DNA from: an uncultured bacterium
GTDB taxonomy: Bacteria; Verrucomicrobiota; Verrucomicrobiia; Verrucomicrobiales; DEV007
Assembly (NCBI GenBank): GCA_963977015.1
Contig: CAXBMO010000003.1
Span: 32,001-96,000 of the forward strand
Reading direction: 5' to 3'
Length of the DNA: 64,000 nt
Shown: in pieces, positions 37,472 to 48,000 of the stretch
Layout: each line of letters begins with the position of its first letter
Position numbering within the stretch: the first letter of the stretch is position 1
Program-made: the position numbers and the translations under genes
The notes under the pieces: generated by a model
Database searches by the model: none
The model's input: the letters and a program-made list of their open reading frames with translations, nothing else
What the model was told of the DNA's origin: nothing

Positions 37472-38766
37472 ATGCGATTGAGTTTCGCGAATTCGCCGAT
37501 CAGTCCCTGCGATTTGTAGAAACGAATTTCCTCGTTGCCCGCCGTTTCGAGAGCGGCGGAGGTTTCGTCGCCGCCCGTCGCGCCAGTCATGTAGGACTGG
37601 ATGGATGCGATTTTGGAAGTTTGGATCGAAAGAAACTCATCCGAAACCGTCGGGGTTGCCGGATATTGGCCCTCTTGCTGACCTTTCCGAAGTAATTCCG
37701 TGAACGGGATTCCTCCGGATTTGGCGAGTTGTTTGGCGTGATTCACGCCGTCGAGCCATTGGGAGTGCATGATCCGGTAATAATCGCGAATCGACTGTTT
37801 GTTGAAATGGACGACGAGTTCCTGGCCGTCCACGTTGAAGGTCCGTGTCGCCCGCAATGAATCGGTGTCAATCGTATCGACAAAGACGAGGTCATTCCCG
37901 TTTTTCGCGAATTCCCATTTAATGTCCCAGAGTAAAAGGCCGAGATTCTGGAGCAGGTGTTTTACGGCGCAGGCCCCCAGAACCGCCAGTTTGATGCTTC
38001 GGGCATATTGCTCCCCATTCAATCCGCAAAGCGTGAGCGCTTCCTGTTTGGAGAGGCTTCGGTCCTCCGGTTCGAATTTGGTGGTACAATCGCTGATTGG
38101 GCGATCGAGCATTTGCCATGCTTGAAGCGGTTTGGTGACCCCGAGTTCGCTTTCGAAACTCTTCTTCTGATCATCGCTGAGGCGAAGGTACTTTCGATAA
38201 ACTGAAGAGGCTCCGGTGATTCCAAACCGAACGATGTATTCCAGCGGAACCACAAAACGATCTCGGCCTGGAAAACCGGAATAGTCATAGAGCCAAGATC
38301 CCAGAACCTCGACCTCGGACGGTTTTCGGATTTCATAACGTTCCACCACATTAAAACGGCTGGGAGTCTCTGGAACGCCACTGGTCACCACATTGCCCGA
38401 TTCTGCGTCAATCATCCCGCCATGATGCGTCCTTGCGCCGTTTTGGCAGAGTTCGGGAAGGAGTCCATCCGAGAGTTCCGCGCGATATGCCGGACTTAGG
38501 GTTTCATTCTCGGCGATCGAACCGGCCACCTCTTGCCAGAAACCCGCCTCTCCCATTCGGCTATACAGCGCATGTCGAAATACGGCTCGCGCGACGTCAC
38601 TTCCCGGAACCTCAAAAATGGAGCCCACGTCAAAAACGCTTCCCGCGCTTGTCGTTTCCGTTACCATGTGGGAATCGGTCCCCGGGATGCCGTAAAGGCG
38701 TTGCACGGAGCCGACGTAGAAAGGGGTTCCCAGATTGGTGATCGGGATGTTGTTAGGAACGACCAT
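37468..38766 (-). CDS. purC: SAICAR synthetase (PurC)-like protein, long and divergent
   Basis: GSVQRLY, SVFDVG, PLEYIVR, TTKFEPEDR, DIKWEF, VDTIDTDSLR and NKQSIRDYY map onto PurC motifs. Confidence 0.7.
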   Translation of the reverse strand: MVVPNNIPITNLGTPFYVGSVQRLYGIPGTDSHMVTETTSAGSVFDVGSIFEVPGSDVARAVFRHALYSRMGEAGFWQEVAGSIAENETLSPAYRAELSDGLLPELCQNGARTHHGGMIDAESGNVVTSGVPETPSRFNVVERYEIRKPSEVEVLGSWLYDYSGFPGRDRFVVPLEYIVRFGITGASSVYRKYLRLSDDQKKSFESELGVTKPLQAWQMLDRPISDCTTKFEPEDRSLSKQEALTLCGLNGEQYARSIKLAVLGACAVKHLLQNLGLLLWDIKWEFAKNGNDLVFVDTIDTDSLRATRTFNVDGQELVVHFNKQSIRDYYRIMHSQWLDGVNHAKQLAKSGGIPFTELLRKGQQEGQYPATPTVSDEFLSIQTSKIASIQSYMTGATGGDETSAALETAGNEEIRFYKSQGLIGEFAKLNRI

Positions 38767-38850
38767 GGCTGCGAATGATGGAGGGGACGACTGATTTGCA
38801 AGTAGAATTCGCGGTTGCGCAGTTTTTCGAAACTGGTTAGGTCGGCTGCA

Positions 38851-39888
38851 ATGCTTCCTTATGCCTTGGCCAAATTGTTGCTTTTTCGGCTCGATCCGGA
38901 AAAAGCTCACCATCTTACGCTCGACGCAATGAACGCGGCCCAGCGACTCGGTCTTCTCTCGACGCTGGCCGGAGACTCACCCGATCAGGATTCACCGCGC
39001 ATGGTGATGGGGCTGAAGTTTCCAAATGCGGTGGGTTTGGCGGCCGGCATGGATAAATCAGGAATCGCGGTCGATGCGTTTGGAGCGATCGGTTTTGGCC
39101 ATGTGGAAGTGGGAACGGTCACTCCGAGAGCGCAACCCGGAAACCCGAAACCGCGCCTCTTCCGGCTCCCCGAACACGAGGCGATCATCAATCGAATGGG
39201 CTTCAACAATCCCGGAATGGAGGCAGTGCTCAATAACTTGAACCAACGAAGCCATTTTAAAGGGATTTTGGGAGTCAACATTGGGAAGAATTTTGATACC
39301 CCAAATGAGAACGCGATCGACGACTACGTGAAGGGCTTTCGCGGGGCCTACCCAACCGCAGACTACATTGCGGTGAATCTTTCGTCGCCCAACACCAAAG
39401 GATTGCGGGATCTGCAGGCAATCGATTCCTGTAAGGCATTGATCAAACGTCTCCAGGAGGAACGTATTCAACTGGAGGACGAGACAGGGCTGTTCCGGCC
39501 GATTGCCGTGAAACTGGCTCCCGATTTGAGTGACGAACAAACCAAGGGGTTGGCCAACATGCTGAGCGAGCTGGAAATCGACGCGGTGATTGTGACCAAC
39601 ACCACGATTGATAAGACTGCGGTTCAGGGGCACCCAATGGCTGATGAAGCCGGCGGATTGAGTGGTCGACCGTTGAAAGAGCGCTCGATGGAGTGTCTGC
39701 AGGTTTGGCGATGCTCCCTTGATCCAAAGATCCCGATTATTTCGGTGGGTGGAATCCTGAATGGGGCAACGGCCAGAGAAAGGTTGGAGGCTGGCGCGGC
39801 GCTGGTTCAAGTTTACACCGGGCTCGTCTACAGGGGCCCTTCCTTGGTCCATGATATTTTGCGGGAAACCCAACTCTTGGGGGCCTAA
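38851..39888 (+). CDS. pyrD: Quinone-dependent dihydroorotate dehydrogenase (class 2)
   Basis: LDPEKAH, GLAAGMDK, QPGNPKPRLFR, INRMGFNN, NLSSPNT and GGLSG. Confidence 0.97.
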   Translation: MLPYALAKLLLFRLDPEKAHHLTLDAMNAAQRLGLLSTLAGDSPDQDSPRMVMGLKFPNAVGLAAGMDKSGIAVDAFGAIGFGHVEVGTVTPRAQPGNPKPRLFRLPEHEAIINRMGFNNPGMEAVLNNLNQRSHFKGILGVNIGKNFDTPNENAIDDYVKGFRGAYPTADYIAVNLSSPNTKGLRDLQAIDSCKALIKRLQEERIQLEDETGLFRPIAVKLAPDLSDEQTKGLANMLSELEIDAVIVTNTTIDKTAVQGHPMADEAGGLSGRPLKERSMECLQVWRCSLDPKIPIISVGGILNGATARERLEAGAALVQVYTGLVYRGPSLVHDILRETQLLGA

Positions 39889-39945
39889 CAGCGCCACCAA
39901 CGCCGCTTGACTTTCGCGTGTCCCGGCATTGAATGCGCTTCCATT

Positions 39946-40479
39946 GTGAGTGATTCCCAAATAGTCCTCCGCGAAAGCGATATCCAACACAAGATCCAGC
40001 GCCTTGCGGCTCAAATTCTGGAGGAGTGCGCTGACGTTCAACCCTTGGGATTTGTGGGAATTTACAACCGCGGGGTAGAGCTCGCCAAACGTGTTTTTGA
40101 TCTCGTTAAAAAGAAGCGGGAAGACGTTTTTTTCGGAACTCTCGACATCTCACTTTACCGCGACGATTTCGACAACCGGGGTGACATACCGACTCTGAAA
40201 AGTTCAGACATTGATTTTGACCTTCAGGGATGCCACGTCGTCCTCTTCGATGATGTGTTGTTCACGGGGCGAACCACACGAGCGGCGATTGACGCTTTAA
40301 CCGCCTACGGGCGCCCCTCTTGCATTCAGTTGGCGACGTTGGTGGATCGGGGAAATCGTGAATTGCCAATTTCAGCGGACTATGTCGGCGAAACGTTGGA
40401 AACCTCGCGCGAAGATTATGTTCATGTTCGGCTCCAAGGACCTGACAACGAAGAAAGCGTTTCCCTTATCAAATCATGA
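39946..40479 (+). CDS. pyrR: PyrR bifunctional regulator/uracil phosphoribosyltransferase
   Basis: LDISLYRDD, DDVLFTGRT and DRGNRELPI; GTG start inferred. Confidence 0.95.
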   Translation: MSDSQIVLRESDIQHKIQRLAAQILEECADVQPLGFVGIYNRGVELAKRVFDLVKKKREDVFFGTLDISLYRDDFDNRGDIPTLKSSDIDFDLQGCHVVLFDDVLFTGRTTRAAIDALTAYGRPSCIQLATLVDRGNRELPISADYVGETLETSREDYVHVRLQGPDNEESVSLIKS

Positions 40480-41423
40480 AAGTGCGCAAAGACCTTCTCG
40501 ATCTCGAATCACTCGATCGTGAGGAGATTCGAGAAATCTTGAATCGAGCGGCGCCCTTCAAGGAGTTGTTTGCCAGATCGGTCAAAAAGGTTCCCAGGCT
40601 TCAGGGGAAGACGGTTCTTCTCCTCTTTTACGAACCGTCAACGCGAACTTCGACGTCGTTTGAGGTCGCCGCGAAGCGGATGGATGCGGATGTTATCAAC
40701 CTGCCGGTGGCGCAGAGTTCAGTCACCAAAGGGGAATCCGTTCTCGACACGGTGGAGACCCTTCAGGCAATGCGCGTTGACTACATTGTCGTGAGGCATC
40801 AGCGCTCTGGGGTTCCCGGGCTCATCGCAAAGAACACTGCGGCATCGGTGATCAACGCGGGAGATGGTTTTCATGCGCATCCCACCCAAGGACTACTAGA
40901 CGCCCTGACCTTGAGCGAAGTTTGGGGGGGTGATTTTGGGAAACGAAAGGTTTTGATCGTTGGTGACATTCTCCATTCGCGCGTTGCACGTTCGACTTCA
41001 ACGGTTCTTAGGAAGTTGGGAGTCGAGATTGGCGTTCTCGGACCCGGGACGTTGATTCCCGCTGGTGGGCCGCCTGATTTCAAGGTGTTTCGGACATGGG
41101 ATGAGGCGCTCGATTGGAATCCCGAGGCGGTGTATCTTCTTCGGGTTCAGTTGGAACGCCAAAAGGTCCAGTTTTTCCCGAGCCTTGGTGAGTATCACCG
41201 GAATTTTGGGCTGACGCTGGAACGCTTAAAGACTCTTGAGGATCGCGGAACCTGGGTCCTCCATCCCGGTCCCATCAACAGGGGGGTAGAGCTTGCCGAC
41301 GAAGTTACCCAATACGAGCGCTGCCTGATCAACACCCAGGTTGAGAACGGAATCGCGACCCGGATGGCGGTCCTTTATTCCCTACGACCCGGCGGAAGTC
41401 CAGATGACGATGAGCAAAGTTAG
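40476..41423 (+). CDS. pyrB: Aspartate carbamoyltransferase catalytic subunit
   Basis: FYEPSTRT, INAGDG, HPTQ and HPGPINRG. Confidence 0.97.
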   Translation: MKVRKDLLDLESLDREEIREILNRAAPFKELFARSVKKVPRLQGKTVLLLFYEPSTRTSTSFEVAAKRMDADVINLPVAQSSVTKGESVLDTVETLQAMRVDYIVVRHQRSGVPGLIAKNTAASVINAGDGFHAHPTQGLLDALTLSEVWGGDFGKRKVLIVGDILHSRVARSTSTVLRKLGVEIGVLGPGTLIPAGGPPDFKVFRTWDEALDWNPEAVYLLRVQLERQKVQFFPSLGEYHRNFGLTLERLKTLEDRGTWVLHPGPINRGVELADEVTQYERCLINTQVENGIATRMAVLYSLRPGGSPDDDEQS

Positions 41424-42702
41424 AATTTATGTTGGTGGTGAAATTGCCTCTGAGGACTCTCCCAAACTGGAGAGAGCGGATGTCCTTGTGGAGGACGGTA
41501 AGATCAAAGCGGTTGCTCCGAATCTGAAGATTCCTGAAGGGGCGATAACCATTGACTGTGCTGGGAAGGTAATTCTTCCAAGTTTTTATGATGTCCACGT
41601 TCATGCTCGTGAACCGGGGCAGGAAGGCAAAGAAACGATCGCCACCTGTGCGGACGCGGCCATCAATGGAGGGGTGACCGGAGTTGTGCTGATGCCGAAT
41701 ACTGCACCAAGTATTGACAGTGGGGACCTCGTTCGTGCGGTCTTGGAAAAAGGCAAGGCTACGCCCATCGAGGTAGAGACATCGGGCTGCATCACGAAGC
41801 AAAGGGCGGGGGAGGAATTGGCCGGAATCTCGGGGATGAAATCGGCTGGTGTTGCCTTGCTAACCGATGACGGCTCACCCATCGAAAATCCGCAGGTGCT
41901 GCGAAGGGCGATGGAATACGCCAAGACTTTCGATCTCTTCCTGGCAAGTCATTGCGAAACCATGGCGTTGACGGCCGGGGGGGCCATGAATGAGGGTGCG
42001 GTCTCCTATCGACTGGGCTTGCCTGGAATTCCCGCGATCAGCGAGGAAGTTACCTTGGATCGTGACATCCGAATTGCCCAATACACCGGAACGCACGTGC
42101 ATATTCAACACGTCACAACCGCGAGGGGATTGAACACGATTCGGCGCTTTAAGGAGGAGATGGGTGCCCAAGGATTCCGCGTTAGTTGCGAGGTTTCGCC
42201 GCATCACCTCATTTTCAACGAAGAGGACATTCAAGACTACGACACTCATTACAAGATGAATCCTCCGCTCAGAACTCCGGAAGATAATCTTGGATTGCTG
42301 CAGGGATTGATCGAGGGCGTAATTGACGTCATCGCAACAGATCACGCTCCGCATACCGAGTTCGAAAAAAACACGGACTTTGAGAGTGCGCCATTTGGCA
42401 TTACCGGGCTTGAGACCGCGGTTCCGTCGCTCTACCACCACTTCATCAAACCTGGTAAATTCGGTTGGGATCTTTTGGTAAAGCGATATTCGGCCGAGCC
42501 GCGTCGCCTGATGAAGAAAGAGCCGGTCAAGATTGCTGAAGGCCAGTCGGCTGATCTTGTTGTGTTTGATCCTAACACTTCGACTCACTTCACCAACGAG
42601 TTCATGAAGTCGAAGAGCTCCAACACCCCATTTTTGGACCAACAGTTGGATGGAGCCATTACCGAAGTCCTCTTGAAAGGAAAGGTCCTTCTGAGTCGCT
42701 AG
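41404..42702 (+). CDS. pyrC: Dihydroorotase (type I)
   Basis: DVHVHAREPG, MPNT, KMNPPLR and ATDHAPH. Confidence 0.95.
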   Translation: MTMSKVRIYVGGEIASEDSPKLERADVLVEDGKIKAVAPNLKIPEGAITIDCAGKVILPSFYDVHVHAREPGQEGKETIATCADAAINGGVTGVVLMPNTAPSIDSGDLVRAVLEKGKATPIEVETSGCITKQRAGEELAGISGMKSAGVALLTDDGSPIENPQVLRRAMEYAKTFDLFLASHCETMALTAGGAMNEGAVSYRLGLPGIPAISEEVTLDRDIRIAQYTGTHVHIQHVTTARGLNTIRRFKEEMGAQGFRVSCEVSPHHLIFNEEDIQDYDTHYKMNPPLRTPEDNLGLLQGLIEGVIDVIATDHAPHTEFEKNTDFESAPFGITGLETAVPSLYHHFIKPGKFGWDLLVKRYSAEPRRLMKKEPVKIAEGQSADLVVFDPNTSTHFTNEFMKSKSSNTPFLDQQLDGAITEVLLKGKVLLSR

Positions 42703-42723
42703 CTGAGGAACCGGGTTTTCGGG

Positions 42724-44994
42724 TCAGATTTCGTCCACCACGAAATGCACCCGGTGTAATTCCCCGGTTTCGCTATTTTCGGCCACAATTTGATGTTCTC
42801 CCGGCACGAGAAAGAGAAGGGCCCTCTTCTGATCAATTTCCAAGGTCGGAGAGGACCAGGTGACAAGGCTTGTGGAATTGGTGGCAAGAGACATGACGCG
42901 GCCTCCTTCGATGAGATCAGGATCCAAATAGATGACCATTCCGGGTAAGGGATTGGTGATCTCGAAACGGTCAGGAATAGAAGACTTGGTAATTGCCAAC
43001 TTTTGACGCACCGAGGATGGGGCGCCCTCGAGCCAAGGCGCATAGTGCTCGGGCAATAGAGCGCGCCCTTTCGCATCGTAGTCAAAAACCGTAGCTTCCT
43101 TGATCCAACTGGAGGTCTGGATGAACTCGGACACTGCTGGTTTCGTCGGATCATTCTGCTTATGACCGGTGTTCGGATCTACGTTGACCATTCGTAAAGT
43201 ATCCGGTTGGGGATACCAGGACGCTGGACGGTCCGCATGAAGCCGCTCCATCACGGAATGAAAAATGGGCCCCGCTCCGGCGACACCCGAAAAATGGTCG
43301 AGCGGTGTGTTGTCAAAGTTCCCGACCCAGACTCCGACCGTGTATTCAGGAGTAAAACCAACCGTCCATGCATCGCGATAGTCGGAACTGGTTCCGGTTT
43401 TTGCGGCGACTCGAAACGTCGGAAAGTTCAGCGGATTGCTCCATCCGAAGCTCTGGGCACGAGCTGCGTTATCACTCAGGATATCAGTTAACACGTAGCA
43501 GGCATCCTGATCAAAAAGTCGGGTTCCGGGTTGATCTTCTCCCGGGAAAAAACGGTAGGGTTTTGCGATTCCCAATCGAGCCAGACAGGCATAGGCATTG
43601 GTCAATTCAAGCAGGCGAACCTCGGCGCTTCCTATCGTGAGCCCCAACCCATATTCAGACGGCTCTTTGTCGAGTGAAGTAAGACCCAGCTCCTTGAGTC
43701 TCTCTTGCAACAGTGCTGGCCCGCCCAATTTTCTCAACATCCGGACGGCTGGAATGTTCAAGGAATTCCCCAGCGCCTGCCGAATCAGTACTGGCCCAGC
43801 ATAACTACGATCATAGTTCACCGGACGATAGACACCGGTTGAAGTCGGAAACTCGGTGGGAACGTCTGCCAAAACCGTTGTGGCGGGAAAGCCATTCTCC
43901 AACGCCAAAAGGTAGGTGAAGGGTTTCAGCGCGGATCCCGGGGAGCGGGCGGTCCACGCCCCATTGATCTGGCCGCCGTTTCGGTCGAAGTAATCTCGGG
44001 ATCCGGTCAGGACGCGAATGCTTCCGGTGGAGTTTTCAATGACGACAACGGCAGCGTGAAGAAAGGGGGACGTCAAGCGATGGCGGGCAATGAAGTCGAG
44101 GTGCTCGTCGATCGCTTGGTCCGCATGTTGCTGGAGTTCGAGGTTGAGCGTGGATTGAACGTTGCCCGGGTGTAGCTCATCAGGAAAGAGTTTGGCCATC
44201 AGCTCCACCGCGTGCGGTGCACGGAAGGTGCTCTTGCCTCCGACCAGAACCAGCTCTTCAGCACGAGCTCTCTTCCATCTGCTCTCGTCGATGTGCTCGT
44301 CCTCCAGCATTCGGTCGAGAATCCAAAGCTGTCGCTCCCGGGCACCAGCAAAGTTCTTATAGGGATTGAACCTGGTTGGCTTGTTGGGAAGCGCGGCAAG
44401 GAGGGCGGCTTCTGCGAGTGACAGGTCGGTCAATGGTTTTCCGAAATACCCTTGCGCTGCGGCGCGGCATCCCGTGCGCATGTTTCCGTAGGGCAACCGG
44501 TTGATGTAGTTCTCCAGAATCCACTCCTTGCTGTTGAACATCTCAATTTTTCGACCAGTCACGGACTCGATCACCTTTGCCTTCATTCCTCGGGGACGAG
44601 GGACGTCGGTGATCTTCACCAGCTGTTGCGTGATCGTCGATGCCCCTGAGATTGGATACCCGGCATCAATGGCTTCACCGATTGCCCGGAAGATCGCGAA
44701 AAAATCGATCCCCATGTGATCCCAAAACCGCTTGTCCTCCGCGGCGACGGTCGCGTTGATGAAATCCTCGGGAATCTCATCCAAACTCGCGTAGTCGCTG
44801 ATAACTTCTTCGCCGTTGACGAGGAACCGCCTCAGTGGGCGCCCATCTTCATCGGTAATAACGGTCGAGGGATCATTCGGTTGCGCCAATCCTTCTGGAA
44901 GGGGGACAAACAGCGGTACCAGCCAGAGAAAGGAAACCAGGTTCAGGATTCCAAACACTCCCAAACCAATGATGATCTTCAGGGATCTCTTCAT
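42724..44994 (-). CDS. pbpC: Penicillin-binding protein 1C
   Basis: Transglycosylase EDKRF/GASTITQQ; transpeptidase SALK, SLN, KTG; C-terminal PBP1C domain; lies downstream of alpha-2-macroglobulin. Confidence 0.92.
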   Translation of the reverse strand: MKRSLKIIIGLGVFGILNLVSFLWLVPLFVPLPEGLAQPNDPSTVITDEDGRPLRRFLVNGEEVISDYASLDEIPEDFINATVAAEDKRFWDHMGIDFFAIFRAIGEAIDAGYPISGASTITQQLVKITDVPRPRGMKAKVIESVTGRKIEMFNSKEWILENYINRLPYGNMRTGCRAAAQGYFGKPLTDLSLAEAALLAALPNKPTRFNPYKNFAGARERQLWILDRMLEDEHIDESRWKRARAEELVLVGGKSTFRAPHAVELMAKLFPDELHPGNVQSTLNLELQQHADQAIDEHLDFIARHRLTSPFLHAAVVVIENSTGSIRVLTGSRDYFDRNGGQINGAWTARSPGSALKPFTYLLALENGFPATTVLADVPTEFPTSTGVYRPVNYDRSYAGPVLIRQALGNSLNIPAVRMLRKLGGPALLQERLKELGLTSLDKEPSEYGLGLTIGSAEVRLLELTNAYACLARLGIAKPYRFFPGEDQPGTRLFDQDACYVLTDILSDNAARAQSFGWSNPLNFPTFRVAAKTGTSSDYRDAWTVGFTPEYTVGVWVGNFDNTPLDHFSGVAGAGPIFHSVMERLHADRPASWYPQPDTLRMVNVDPNTGHKQNDPTKPAVSEFIQTSSWIKEATVFDYDAKGRALLPEHYAPWLEGAPSSVRQKLAITKSSIPDRFEITNPLPGMVIYLDPDLIEGGRVMSLATNSTSLVTWSSPTLEIDQKRALLFLVPGEHQIVAENSETGELHRVHFVVDEI

Positions 44995-45025
44995 TCGACG
45001 TCTTCAGAACTATGAACACAGGGAA

Positions 45026-48000
45026 TTACTTCTGCGCAACCTGGTTCTCCTTCGCAGTTGGCAGACTGGCGGTAATACGAGTGGTGGCGCTGAGGCCGTA
45101 GCGTTGCGGCTCATACATCGCCTCGATTTTGGCCGGGGGAGCGGACACATTCCCCGAGGCAACAACCCGGGCGAGATACTGGATACTGTAAGTACCTTTC
45201 TTCCAAACTTCGTTCGAGAAGAACAGGGCGCGATCCGTCCGAATTTCCTCGTAATCGCGGCGGAGTTGCTTCCAGCGATTCAAGGGTGTGTCGACATTGG
45301 CCCGGTTCTCGAATGCGGGGTTAATCGCCTCAAACACACCGGGCAAGGGGTCATCGATGGCAAGGTAAGTCTCGTTATCATTTGGAATCCCGGTCTCAAG
45401 GTCCACCACCACCAGATCTCCGACTTCAAAATGGGTCGACTCTGTGAGCGCGCCGTCCGGAGCGAGCTTGTAGTAAGTGCGGCGAATTTGAAATCCGCGA
45501 TCCTTTGCTTCCGCGGAAAGTTCTTCCGGTCGAGTTGCCACGGAAATGTTGGCAAAAAGCGGCGCATCGTTTCCGTTTTCAAAGTTCAGGGCTCGAGTTC
45601 GGATATCGCCCTCAAATCCGAAACGGATGTTTTGACTGCTGAACGTTCCCTCGAGGTCGATCGACGGATTCTCGTCTCCCCAGGCAAGACTCATGGAGGC
45701 GGGCTTTGAATCGATGACCTCTTTATCGGCGATATTCGCCAAGGCCAGGAGAGGCCAGGCATTCGCGTAGGTGCTCCCCCAGCCATAGGGTGGCTTTCGG
45801 TGGCTCAAGAGTTGGTTGAGGGTCTCATCCACCGCTGTGCTTTGAGCATCGAGCTTGGTCAGGGCAATCAGCCGAGTCGAAAGCGCGACTCCTTTGCCGT
45901 ACCAACGCATCGTTGATTCCAACTCTTCAGCTTTGAGAAGTTCATTGACGAGAGGCTTTTGTTCAGCGGTACCGCCTTCGAGGATGGCCAAAGCAAGCAG
46001 AGCCTTCGCATCGGACTTCATCTTGTCGCGGTCCTCATAATAGACCTCATGGTAGGACGGTTCTGCTTTTCCGGCGATGGCCAGAGTATAGAGACCGAGG
46101 CATCGATAGTAGTAATCGCTGTCTCCTTGCCCTTCCTGACCCTTTTCCGTGCGGAGCTGGCCGGATAACCATGACCACAGGGAGTCAAGACGCTCCTGTG
46201 GAAGGTCAAATCCTTGTTGTTGACCAAGCGCTAACGCCAATCCTCCCCAAGCGCTCCCCCAAAGCATGGGTTCCTGAGCTCCGGGCCAGTAACTGAGCCC
46301 TCCAGAGTGGGTCTGCATACTCAGCAGGCGGTTGAGCCCGTGGTTAATGGCTTCTGCTTTCTCCTCCTGATCTTTGGTGAGAGATGGAAACGCCTTCTCC
46401 AGACTGTTCATCGTCATCCAGGGAAGTGTCGAGGAGGTCGTTTGTTCAACACAGCCATAGGGATACTGCAGGTTGTATTCCAAGGCATCCAGCGCTTCCA
46501 ACATCCGCGTGTTTGAGATCGTTACATCAATGTCACCCATGCCATTCATGACGTCGGGTCCAAAGCTGGCCAATAGATTACCGTTGGAATTGGGTGCCAA
46601 CCTCACATGGTGAGTTTCACGAAGAAGCGGAACGGGGTACCCAACCCGCAAGCTCGTTTCGACGGAATCGGTTCGGGCCTTCGCATTCTGGTTGAGATCA
46701 CGGATGGTCCATGTCCACGTTGCCTCTCCTGTTTCAACAAACTCCACCGGAAGTCGAATCGCCTCCGTGGACTGCGCCTTGAGATCGATCACGGCTTTCC
46801 AGGCCCCATCGGTGGTAACCGGTTCGATCGCGGCCGGGACAATCTGAAAATTGGTTTCGAGAAACTGAATGGTCTCATCCGGCGTCATGGTGACCTCAAA
46901 CCGACCGTCTTCGTTCGTGGTGTTGTGAACCACCGCTTGAAGCAGGAACTGATCTCCCACATTGGCAAACGCGGGAAGCGCAGGCTCGATCACCACTGGT
47001 TTGTTCACCGTGACTTTGGACGACCCGGAACCATACTGATCCGTGTCGACTCCCAGGGCGACGGCGAAAATCTTGAATTCGGTCAAGTTCTCGGGCGCGG
47101 TGAAGGATGCCGTGACGGTTCCGTCGGCATCACTGAGCAGGGTTCCCTCCCAGAATGCAGTTGCTCGAAAATCCTTTCTCGCATTCTGACGCAGCATGGC
47201 GAGATCACTTCCTCCACCACCTATCATCAACCCCTTGTTGCTATAGTTGCGCTCCTCGGGATTTTCCGTCATCACATCAAAAAGGGTATGCCAGGTTTTC
47301 ACCGACAATGGGTAGGGGCTGTGAAAGACGCTGCCCGGATCGGGGATCTCATAGCCAGTGAGACTTAAAACTCCGCGATCAACCGCATAAAGTGCAACCT
47401 CGGCATTTGCCACCGGCTGCCCCGACGAATCATGGATGCTGGCAACCACCTCCACTTGTGATCCTGGCAATACTTCGGCCTGCGACTGCTGGAACGATAC
47501 GGAAAGAGCGTTTGCTGGCTGACTAACCTTCAGCTCACAGTATCCCAGCTTGTAATCGGTGTCCTGATACTTGTGGGGGCTGTCCTGGGAGCCCCGAATC
47601 ACCAAAACGCTCACGAACAGGTTCGGCGCGTCCGTTCCGGTGATGGGAAGATCAATCATTTGGCTCTTGCTTGAGAGTTCCCGAACAAAGGTCCGGTAGA
47701 CCCCGGCACGTTCGGTGGTGATTAGAGCGGTTCCGAGAATGGGAGAACGAACCATGATCTTGGCGGTGTCGCCAACCACATAGCTCTCCTGATCCGTCAC
47801 CAATTCAATCGCGTCGCCGTCGCGATGCGCCCAATAAACATCTCCATCCCCCCAGATGTATCGCTTGGTGACCGTTTTGATTTTGGACTCATCTCCGGTT
47901 GTCTCCAAGGTGAAGCGGTAGGTTCCACCTTCCGGCAGGGTGACGGTTTGGTTCGCATCCTTTTGCACCGTGACCACCTGTTCGCTCACGGGTTGATAGA

